DNA from: Auanema rhodensis
Lineage: Eukaryota > Animalia > Nematoda
Assembly (NCBI GenBank): GCA_964057225.1
Contig: OZ059894.1
Span: 4,278,001 to 4,342,000 of the forward strand
Length of the DNA: 64,000 nt
Direction of reading: 5' to 3'
Below the pieces are notes generated by a model. The model did not search any database. It was not told the DNA's origin and saw only the letters and a program-made list of their open reading frames with translations. Below are positions 24,571 to 36,500 of this stretch, in pieces. Position 1 is the stretch's first letter; each line of letters starts with the position of its first letter. The position numbers were made by a program, and so were the translations under genes.

Positions 24571-27500
24571 GTGTACATGGAAACTCAACATACACTAATG
24601 CATCATTTTTCTAACGATCATAACTAATTTTTGTATTAAGCTTTTCTCAATGTAGTATAGTGCATTCGATGCGGATTTTTAAGCTGCGTCGATCTGTGTT
24701 ATCAGATTTGCGCTAGCTTAAAAATGCACCGAGATATCAACTGATATAAGTTCACACTTATATCCTCGATTTTCATCCTGAAGAATTAATTTTTTCGTTA
24801 AATAACATTGTCCATCGTCTTTGCCTTGAAAAATGGAATCTTAAAACATCTACTTTTTGCTAAATTATTTTGAAATTTTTCGAAAAAATTTTTGTCAAAA
24901 TGTTTTTGGAAGCAATGTTGAGTGTACATGGAAACTCAACATACACTAATGCATCATTTTTCAAACGATCATAACTAATTTTTGTATTAAGCGTTTTTCA
25001 ATGTAGTATAGTGCATTCGATGCGGATTTTCAAGCTGCGTCGATCTGTGTTATCAGATTTGCGCTAGCTTAAAAATGCACCGAGATATCAACTGATATAA
25101 GTTCACACTTATATCCTCGATTTTCACCCTGAAGAATTAATTTTTTCGTTGAATAACATTGTCCATCGTCTTTGCCTTGAAAAATGGAATCTTAAAACAT
25201 CTAATTTTTGCTAAATTATTTTGAAATTTTTCGAAAAAATTTTTGTCAAAATGTTTTTGGAAGCAATGTTGAGTGTACATGGAAACTCAACATACACTAA
25301 TGCATCATTTTTCAAACGATCATAACTAATTTTTGTATCAAGTGTTTCTCAATGTAATATAGTGCATTCGATGCGGATTTTTAAGCTGCGTCGATCTGTG
25401 TTATCAGATTTGCGCTAGCTTAAAAATGCACCGAGATATCAACTGATATAAGTTCACACTTATATCCTCGATTTTCACCCTGAAGAATTAATTTTTTCGT
25501 TGAATAACATTGTCCATCGTCTTTGCCTTGAAAAATGGAATCTAAAAACATCTACTTTTTGCTAAATTATTTTGAAATTTTTCGAAAAAATTTTTGTCAA
25601 AATGTTTTTGGAAGCAATGTTGAGTGTACATGGAAACTCAACATACACTAATGCATCATTTTTCAAACGATCATAACTAATTTTTGTATCAAGTTTTTCT
25701 CAATGTAGTATAGTGCATTCGATGCGGATTTTTAAGCTGCGTCGATCTGTGTTATCAGATTTGCGCTAGCTTAAAAATGCACCGAGATATCAACTGATAT
25801 AAGTTCACACTTATATCCTCGATTTTCACCCTGAAGAATTAATTTTTTCGTTGAATAACATTGTTCATCGTCTTTGCCTTGAAAAATGGAATCTTAAAAC
25901 ATCTAATTTTTGCTAAATTATTTTGAAATTTTTCGAAAAAATTTTTGTCAAAATGTTTTTGGAAGCAATGTTGAGTGTACATGGAAACTCAACATACACT
26001 AATGCATCATTTTTCAAACGATCATAACTAATTTTTGTATCAAGTGTTTCTCAATGTAATATAGTGCATTCGATGCGGATTTTTAAGCTGCGTCGATCTG
26101 TGTTATCAGATTTGCGCTAGCTTAAAAATGCACCGAGATATCAACTGATATAAGTTCACACTTATATCCTCGATTTTCACCCTGAAGAATTAATTTTTTC
26201 GTTGAATAACATTGTCCATCGTCTTTGCCTTGAAAAATGGAATCTAAAAACATCTACTTTTTGCTAAATTATTTTGAAATTTTTCGAAAAAATTTTTGTC
26301 AAAATGTTTTTGGAAGCAATGTTGAGTGTACATGGAAACTCAACATACACTAATGCATCATTTTTCAAACGATCATAACTAATTTTTGTATCAAGTTTTT
26401 CTCAATGTAGTATAGTGCATTCGATGCGGATTTTTAAGCTGCGTCGATCTGTGTTATCAGATTTGCGCTAGCTTAAAAATGCACCGAGATATCAACTGAT
26501 ATAAGTTCACACTTATATCCTCGATTTTCACCCTGAAGAATTAATTTTTTCGTTGAGTAACATTGTTCATCGTCTTTGCCTTGAAAAATGGAATCTTAAA
26601 ACATCTAATTTTTGCTAAATTATTTTGAAATTTTTCGAAAAAATTTTTGTCAAAATGTTTTTGGAAGCAATGTTGAGTGTACATGGAAACTCAACATACA
26701 CTAATGCATCATTTTTCAAACGATCATAACTAATTTTTGTATCAAGTGTTTCTCAATGTAATATAGTGCATTCGATGCGGATTTTTAAGCTGCGTCGATC
26801 TGTGTTATCAGATTTGCGCTAGCTTAAAAATGCACCGAGATATCAACTGATATAAGTTCACACTTATATCCTCGATTTTCACCCTGAAGAATTAATTTTT
26901 TCGTTGAATAACATTGTCCATCGTCTTTGCCTTGAAAAATGGAATCTAAAAACATCTACTTTTTGCTAAATTATTTTGAAATTTTTCGAAAAAATTTTTG
27001 TCAAAATGTTTTTGGAAGCAATGTTGAGTGTACATGGAAACTCAACATACACTAATGCATCATTTTTCAAACGATCATAACTAATTTTTGTATCAAGCGT
27101 TTTTCAATGTAGTATAGTGCATTCGATGCGGAGTTTTAAGCTGCGTCGATCTGTGTTATCAGATTTGCGCTAGCTTAAAAATGCACCGAGATATCAACTG
27201 ATATAAGTTCACACTTATATCCTCGATTTTCACCCTGAAGAAATAATTTTTTCGTTGAATATTATTGTCCATCGTCTTTGCCTTGAAAAATGGAATCTTG
27301 AAACATCTACTTTTTGCTAAATTATTTAGAAATTTTTCGAAAAAATTTTTGTCAAAATGTTTTTGGAAGCAATGTTGAGTGTACATGGAAACTCAACATA
27401 CACTAATGCATCATTTTTCAAACGATCATAACTAATTTTTGTATCAAGTGTTTCTCAATGTAATATAGTGCATTCGATGCGGATTTTTAAGCTGCGTCGA

Positions 27501-30500
27501 TCTGTGTTATCAGATTTGCGCTAGCTTAAAAATGCACCGAGATATCAACTGATATAAGTTCACACTTATATCCTCGATTTTCACCCTGAAGAATTAATTT
27601 TTTCGTTGAATAACATTGTCCATCGTCTTTGCCTTGAAAAATGGAATCTAAAAACATCTACTTTTTGCTAAATTATTTTGAAATTTTTCGAAAAAATTTT
27701 TGTCAAAATGTTTTTGGAAGCAATGTTGAGTGTACATGGAAACTCAACATACACTAATGCATCATTTTTCAAACGATCATAACTAATTTTTGTATTAAGC
27801 GTTTTTCAATGTAGTATAGTGCATTCGATGCGGATTTCTAAGCTGCGTCGATCTGTGTTATCAGATTTGCGCTAGCTTAAAAATGCACCGAGATATCAAC
27901 TGATATAAGTTCACACTTATATCCTCGATTTTCATCCTGAAGAATTAATTTTTTCGTTAAATAACATTGTCCATCGTCTTTGCCTTGAAAAATGGAATCT
28001 TAAAACATCTACTTTTTGCTAAATTATTTTGAAATTTTTCGAAAAAATTTTTGTCAAAATGTTTTTGGAAGCAATGTTGAGTGTACATGGAAACTCAACA
28101 TACACTAATGCATCATTTTTCAAACGATCATAACTAATTTTTGTATTAAGCGTTTTTCAATGTAGTATAGTGCATTCGATGCGGATTTTCAAGCTGCGTC
28201 GATCTGTGTTATCAGATTTGCGCTAGCTTAAAAATGCACCGAGATATCAACTGATATAAGTTCACACTTATATCCTCGATTTTCACCCTGAAGAATTAAT
28301 TTTTTCGTTGAATAACATTGTCCATCGTCTTTGCCTTGAAAAATGGAATCTTAAAACATCTAATTTTTGCTAAATTATTTTGAAATTTTTCGAAAAAATT
28401 TTTGTCAAAATGTTTTTGGAAGCAATGTTGAGTGTACATGGAAACTCAACATACACTAATGTATCATTTTTCAAACGATCATAACTAATTTTTGTATCAA
28501 GTGTTTCTCAATGTAATATAGTGCATTCGATGCGGATTTTTAAGCTGCGTCGATCTGTGTTATCAGATTTGCGCTAGCTTAAAAATGCACCGAGATATCA
28601 ACTGATATAAGTTCACACTTATATCCTCGATTTTCACCCTGAAGAATTAATTTTTTCGTTGAATAACATTGTCCATCGTCTTTGCCTTGAAAAATGGAAT
28701 CTAAAAACATCTACTTTTTGCTAAATTATTTTGAAATTTTTCGAAAAAATTTTTGTCAAAATGTTTTTGGAAGCAATGTTGAGTGTACATGGAAACTCAA
28801 CATACACTAATGCATCATTTTTCAAACGATCATAACTAATTTTTGTATCAAGTTTTTCTCAATGTAGTATAGTGCATTCGATGCGGATTTTTAAGCTGCG
28901 TCGATCTGTGTTATCAGATTTGCGCTAGCTTAAAAATGCACCGAGATATCAACTGATATAAGTTCACACTTATATCCTCGATTTTCACCCTGAAGAATTA
29001 ATTTTTTCGTTGAATAACATTGTTCATCGTCTTTGCCTTGAAAAATGGAATCTTAAAACATCTAATTTTTGCTAAATTATTTTGAAATTTTTCGAAAAAA
29101 TTTTTGTCAAAATGTTTTTGGAAGCAATGTTGAGTGTACATGGAAACTCAACATACACTAATGCATCATTTTTCAAACGATCATAACTAATTTTTGTATC
29201 AAGTGTTTCTCCATGTAATATAGTGCATTCGATGCGGATTTTTAAGCTGCGTCGATCTGTGTTATCAGATTTGCGCTAGCTTAAAAATGCACCGAGATAT
29301 CAACTGATATAAGTTCACACTTATATCCTCGATTTTCACCCTGAAGAATTAATTTTTTCGTTGAATAACATTGTCCATCGTCTTTGCCTTGAAAAATGGA
29401 ATCTAAAAACATCTACTTTTTGCTAAATTATTTTGAAATTTTTCGAAAAAATTTTTGTCAAAATGTTTTTGGAAGCAATGTTGAGTGTACATGGAAACTC
29501 AACATACACTAATGCATCATTTTTCAAACGATCATAACTAATTTTTGTATCAAGTTTTTCTCAATGTAGTATAGTGCATTCGATGCGGATTTTTAAGCTG
29601 CGTCGATCTGTGTTATCAGATTTGCGCTAGCTTAAAAATGCACCGAGATATCAACTGATATAAGTTCACACTTATATCCTCGATTTTCACCCTGAAGAAT
29701 TAATTTTTTCGTTGAATAACATTGTTCATCGTCTTTGCCTTGAAAAATGGAATCTTAAAACATCTAATTTTTGCTAAATTATTTTGAAATTTTTCGAAAA
29801 AATTTTTGTCAAAATGTTTTTGGAAGCAATGTTGAGTGTACATGGAAACTCAACATACACTAATGCATCATTTTTCAAACGATCATAACTAATTTTTGTA
29901 TCAAGTGTTTCTCAATGTAATATAGTGCATTCGATGCGGATTTTTAAGCTGCGTCGATCTGTGTTATCAGATTTGCGCTAGCTTAAAAATGCACCGAGAT
30001 ATCAACTGATATAAGTTCACACTTATATCCTCGATTTTCACCCTGAAGAATTAATTTTTTCGTTGAATAACATTGTCCATCGTCTTTGCCTTGAAAAATG
30101 GAATCTAAAAACATCTACTTTTTGCTAAATTATTTTGAAATTTTTCGAAAAAATTTTTGTCAAAATGTTTTTGGAAGCAATGTTGAGTGTACATGGAAAC
30201 TCAACATACACTAATGCATCATTTTTCAAACGATCATAACTAATTTTTGTATCAAGCGTTTTTCAATGTAGTATAGTGCATTCGATGCGGAGTTTTAAGC
30301 TGCGTCGATCTGTGTTATCAGATTTGCGCTAGCTTAAAAATGCACCGAGATATCAACTGATATAAGTTCACACTTATATCCTCGATTTTCACCCTGAAGA
30401 AATAATTTTTTCGTTGAATATTATTGTCCATCGTCTTTGCCTTGAAAAATGGAATCTTGAAACATCTACTTTTTGCTAAATTATTTAGAAATTTTTCGAA

Positions 30501-30537
30501 AAAATTTTTGTCAAAATGTTTTTGGAAGCAATGTTGA
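24571..30537. repeat. Local 9-mer duplication (3159 bp) containing a nested alternating dimer
   Basis: The private CGTTAAAT variant occurs at 24800 and 27959. ORF-track hits 27159 and 30318 are 3159 apart. Inside the unit the TGTAATA and TGTTCATC types alternate. Confidence 0.85.
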
Positions 30538-33500
30538 GTGTACATGGAAACTCAACATACACTAATGCATCATTTTTCAAACGATCATAACTAATTTTTG
30601 TATTAAGCGTTTTTCAATGTAGTATAGTGCATTCGATGCGGATTTCTAAGCTGCGTCGATCTGTGTTATCAGATTTGCGCTAGCTTAAAAATGCACCGAG
30701 ATATCAACTGATATAAGTTCACACTTATATCCTCGATTTTCACCCTGAAGAAATAATTTTTTCGTTGAATATTATTGTCCATCGTCTTTGCCTTGAAAAA
30801 TGGAATCTTGAAACATCTACTTTTTGCTAAATTATTTTGAAATTTTTCGAAAAAATTTTTGTCAAAATGTTTTTGGAAGCAATGTTGAGTGTACATGGAA
30901 ACTCAACATACACTAATGCATCATTTTTCAAACGATCATAACTAATTTTTGTATCAAGTGTTTCTCAATGTAATATAGTGCATTCGATGCGGATTTTTAA
31001 GCTGCGTCGATCTGTGTTATCAGATTTGCGCTAGCTTAAAAATGCACCGAGATATCAACTGATATAAGTTCACACTTATATCCTCGATTTTCACCCTGAA
31101 GAATTAATTTTTTCGTTGAATAACATTGTCCATCGTCTTTGCCTTGAAAAATGGAATCTAAAAACATCTACTTTTTGCTAAATTATTTTGAAATTTTTCG
31201 AAACAATTTTTGTCAAAATGTTTTTGGAAGCAATGTTGAGTGTACATGGAAACTCAACATACACTAATGCACATTTTTCAAACGGTCATAACTAATTTTT
31301 GTATCAAGCGTTTCTTAATGTAGTATAGTGCATTCGATCCGGATTTTTAAGCTGCGTCAATCTGTGTTATCAGATTTGCGCTAGCTTAAAAATGCACCGA
31401 GATATCAACTGATATAAGTTCACACTTATATCCTCGATTTTCACCCTGAAGAATTAATTTTTTCGTTGAATAACATTGTCCATCGTCTTTGCCTTGAAAA
31501 ATGGAATCTTAAAACATCTACTTTTTGCTAAATTATTTTGAAATTTTTCGAAACAATTTTTGTCAAAATGTTTTTGGAAGCAATGTTGAGTGTACATGGA
31601 AACTCAACATACACTAATGAATCATTTTTCAAACGGTCATAACTAATTTTTGTATCAAGCGTTTCTTAATGTAGTATAGTGCATTCGATCCGGATTTTTA
31701 AGCTGCGTCAATCTGTGTTATCAGATTTGCGCTAGCTTAAAAATGCACCGAGATATCAACTGATATAAGTTCACACTTATATCCTCGATTTTCACCCTGA
31801 AGAATTAATTTTTTCGTTGAATAACATTGTCCATCGTCTTTGCCTTGAAAAATGGAATCTAAAAACATCTACTTTTTGCTAAATTATTTTGAAATTTTTC
31901 GAAAAAATTTTGGTCAAAATGTTTTTGGAAGCAATGTTGAGTGTACATGGAAACTCAACATACACTAATGCATCATTTTTCAAACGATCATAACTAATTT
32001 TTGTATCAAGCGTTTTTCAATGTAGTATAGTGCATTCGATGCGGATTTTTAAGCTGCGTCGATCTGTGTTATCAGATTTGCGCTAGCTTAAAAATGTACC
32101 GAGATATCAACTGATATAAGTTCACACTTATATCCTCGATTTTCACCCTGAAGAATTAATTTTTTCGTTGAATAACATTGTCCATCGTCTTTGCCTTGAA
32201 AAATGGAATCTAAAAACATCTACTTTTTGCTAAATTATTTTGAAATTTTTCGAAACAATTTTTGTCAAAATGTTTTTGGAAGCAATGTTGAGTGTACATG
32301 GAAACTCAACATACACTAATGCATCATTTTTCAAACGGTCATAACTAATTTTTGTATCAAGCGTTTCTTAATGTAGTATAGTGCATTCGATCCGGATTTT
32401 TAAGCTGCGTCAATCTGTGTTATCAGATTTGCGCTAGCTTAAAAATGCACCGAGATATCAACTGATATAAGTTCACACTTATATCCTCGATTTTCACCCT
32501 GAAGAAATAATTTTTTCGTTGAATAACATTGTCCATCGTCTTTGCCTTGAAAAAAGGAATCTAAAAACATTTAATTTTTGCTGATTTATTTTGAAATTTT
32601 TCGAAAAAATTTTTGTCAAAATGTTTTTGGAAGCAATGTTGAGTGTACATGGAAACTCAACATACACTAATGCATCATTTTTCTAACGATCATAACTAAT
32701 TTTTGTATCAAGCGTTTCTTAATGTAGTATAGTGCATTCGATCCGGATTTTTAAGCTGCGTCGATCTGTGTTATCAGATTTGCGCTAGCTTAAAAATGCA
32801 CCGAGATATCAACTGATATAAGTTCACACTTATATCCTCGATTTTCACCCTGAAGAATTAATTTTTTCGTTGAATAACATTGTCCATCGTCTTTGCCTTG
32901 AAAAATGGAATCTAAAAACATCTACTTTTTGCTAAATTATTTTGAAATTTTTCGAAACAATTTTTGTCAAAATGTTTTTGGAAGCAATGTTGAGTGTACA
33001 TGGAAACTCAACATACACTAATGCATCATTTTTCAAACGGTCATAACTAATTTTTGTATCAAGCGTTTCTTAATGTAGTATAGTGCATTCGATCCGGATT
33101 TTTAAGCTGCGTCAATCTGTGTTATCAGATTTGCGCTAGCTTAAAAATGCACCGAGATATCAACTGATATAAGTTCACACTTATATCCTCGATTTTCACC
33201 CTGAAGAAATAATTTTTTCGTTGAATAACATTGTCCATCGTCTTTGCCTTGAAAAAAGGAATCTAAAAACATTTAATTTTTGCTGAATTATTTTGAAATT
33301 TTTCGAAAAAATTTTTGTCAAAATGTTTTTGGAAGCAATGTTGAGTGTACATGGAAACTCAACATACACTAATGCATCATTTTTCTAACGATCATAACTA
33401 ATTTTTGTATTAAGCTTTTCTCAATGTAGTATAGTGCATTCGATGCGGATTTTTAAGCTGCGTCGATCTGTGTTATCAGATTTGCTCTAGCTTAAAAATG

Positions 33501-36500
33501 CACCGAGATATCAACTGATATAAGTTCACACTTATATCCTCGATTTTCACCCTGAAGAATTAATTTTTTCGTTGAATAACATTGTCCATCGTCTTTGCCT
33601 TGAAAAATGGAATCTTAAAACATCTACTTTTTGCTAAATTATTTTGAAATTTTTCGAAAAAATTTTTGTCAAAATGTTTTTGGAAGCAATGTTGAGTGTA
33701 CATGGAAACTCAACATACACTAATGCATCATTTTTCAAACGATCATAACTAATTTTTGTATTAAGCGTTTTTCATTGTAGTATAGTGCATTCGATGCGGA
33801 GTTCTAAGCTGCGTCGATCTGTGTTATCAGATTTGCGCTAGCTTAAAAATGCACCGAGATATCAACTGATATAAGTTCACACTTATATCCTCGATTTTCA
33901 TCCTGAAGAATTAATTTTTTCGTTGAATAACATTGTCCATCGTCTTTGCCTTGAAAAAAGGAATCTAAAAACATCTACTTTTTGCTAAATTATTTTGAAA
34001 TTTTTCGAAAAAATTTTTGTCAAAATGTTTTTGGAAGCAATGTTGAGTGTACATGGAAACTCAACATACACTAATGCATCATTTTTCAAACGATCATAAC
34101 TAATTTTTGTATTAAGCGTTTTTCAATGTAGTATAGTGCATTCGATGCGGAGTTCTAAGCTGCGTCGATCTGTGTTATCAGATTTGCGCTAGCTTAAAAA
34201 TGCACCGAGATATCAACTGATATAAGTTCACACTTATATCCTCGATTTTCATCCTGAAGAATTAATTTTTTCGTTGAATAACATTGTCCATCGTCTTTGC
34301 CTTGAAAAAAGGAATCTAAAAACATCTACTTTTTGCTAAATTATTTTGAAATTTTTCGAAAAAATTTTTGTCAAAATGTTTTTGGAAGCAATGTTGAGTG
34401 TACATGGAAACTCAACATACACTAATGCATCATTTTTCTAACGATCATAACTAATTTTTGTATTAAGCTTTTCTCAATGTAGTATAGTGCATTCGATGCG
34501 GATTTTTAAGCTGCGTCGATCTGTGTTATCAGATTTGCTCTAGCTTAAAAATGCACCGAGATATCAACTGATATAAGTTCACACTTATATCCTCGATTTT
34601 CACCCTGAAAAATTAATTTTTTCGTTGAATAACATTGTCCATCGTCTTTGCCTTGAAAAATGGAATCTTAAAACATCTACTTTTTGCTAAATTATTTTGA
34701 AATTTTTCGAAAAAATTTTTGTCAAAATGTTTTTGGAAGCAATGTTGAGTGTACATGGAAACTCAACATACACTAATGCATCATTTTTCTAACGATCATA
34801 ACTAATTTTTGTATTAAGCTTTTCTCAATGTAGTATAGTGCATTCGATGCGGATTTTTAAGCTGCGTCGATCTGTGTTATCAGATTTGCGCTAGCTTAAA
34901 AATGCACCGAGATATCAACTGATATAAGTTCACACTTATATCCTCGATTTTCACCCTGAAGAATTAATTTTTTCGTTGAATAACATTGTCCATCGTCTTT
35001 GCCTTGAAAAATGGAATCTAAAAACATCTACTTTTTGCTAAATTATTTTGAAATTTTTCGAAACAATTTTTGTCAAAATGTTTTTGGAAGCAATGTTGAG
35101 TGTACATGGAAACTCAACATACACTAATGCATCATTTTTCAAACGGTCATAACTAATTTTTGTATCAAGCGTTTCTTAATGTAGTATAGTGCATTCGATC
35201 CGGATTTTTAAGCTGCGTCAATCTGTGTTATCAGATTTGCGCTAGCTTAAAAATGCACCGAGATATCAACTGATATAAGTTCACACTTATATCCTCGATT
35301 TTCACCCTGAAGAAATAATTTTTTCGTTGAATAACATTGTCCATCGTCTTTGCCTTGAAAAAAGGAATCTAAAAACATTTAATTTTTGCTGAATTATTTT
35401 GAAATTTTTCGAAAAAATTTTTGTCAAAATGTTTTTGGAAGCAATGTTGAGTGTACATGGAAACTCAACATACACTAATGCATCATTTTTCTAACGATCA
35501 TAACTAATTTTTGTATTAAGCTTTTCTCAATGTAGTATAGTGCATTCGATGCGGATTTTTAAGCTGCGTCGATCTGTGTTATCAGATTTGCGCTAGCTTA
35601 AAAATGCACCGAGATATCAACTGATATAAGTTCACACTTATATCCTCGATTTTCACCCTGAAGAAATAATTTTTTCGTTGAATAACATTGTCCATCGTCT
35701 TTGCCTTGAAAAAAGGAATCTAAAAACATCTACTTTTTGCTAAATTATTTTGAAATTTTTCGAAAAAATTTTTGTCAAAATGTTTTTGGAAGCAATGTTG
35801 AGTGTACATGGAAACTCAACATACACTAATGCATCATTTTTCAAACGATCATAACTAATTTTTGTATTAAGCGTTTTTCAATGTAGTATAGTGCATTCGA
35901 TGCGGATTTTTAAGCTGCGTCGATCTGTGTTATCAGATTTGCGCTAGCTTAAAAATGCACCGAGATATCAACTGATATAAGTTCACACTTATATTCTCGA
36001 TTTTCACCCTGAAGAAATAATTTTTTCGTTGAATAACATTGTCCATCGTCTTCGCCTTGAAAAAAGGAATCTAAAAACATCTACTTTTTGCTAAATTATT
36101 TTGAAATTTTCCGAAAAAATTTTTGTCAAAATGTTTTTGGAAGCAATGTTGAGTGTACATGGAAACTCAACATACACTAATGCATCATTTTTCAAACGAT
36201 CATAACTAATTTTTGTATCAAGCGTTTTTCAATGTAGTATAGTGCATTCGATGCGGATTTTTAAGCTGCGTCGATCTGTGTTATCAGATTTGCGCTAGCT
36301 TAAAAATGCACCGAGATATCAACTGATATAAGTTCACACTTATATCCTCGATTTTCACCCTGAAGAATTAATTTTTTCGTTGAATAACATTGTCCATCGT
36401 CTTTGCCTTGAAAAATGGAATCTTAAAACATCTACTTTTTGCTAAATTATTTTGAAATTTTTCGAAACAATTTTTGTCAAAATGTTTTTGGAAGCAATGT

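Larger units (their letters stand above)
9478..31239. repeat. Sub-family domain marked by the AAGTGTTTCTCAATGTAATA monomer type
   Basis: This type occurs only in monomers 28-89. The associated AAGTTTTTCTC/TGTTCATC type also lies within this interval. The AATATTATT/CTTGAAAC type is confined to monomers 27-88. Confidence 0.85.

Noticed and set aside
9258-30896. Eight 75-aa minus-strand ORFs (MYTQHCFQKHF...)
   Set aside because: They lie within the satellite and are open only where particular SNPs remove stop codons. They are K/F/N-rich as expected from A/T tracts and have no recognisable domain. They are useful only as variant markers.
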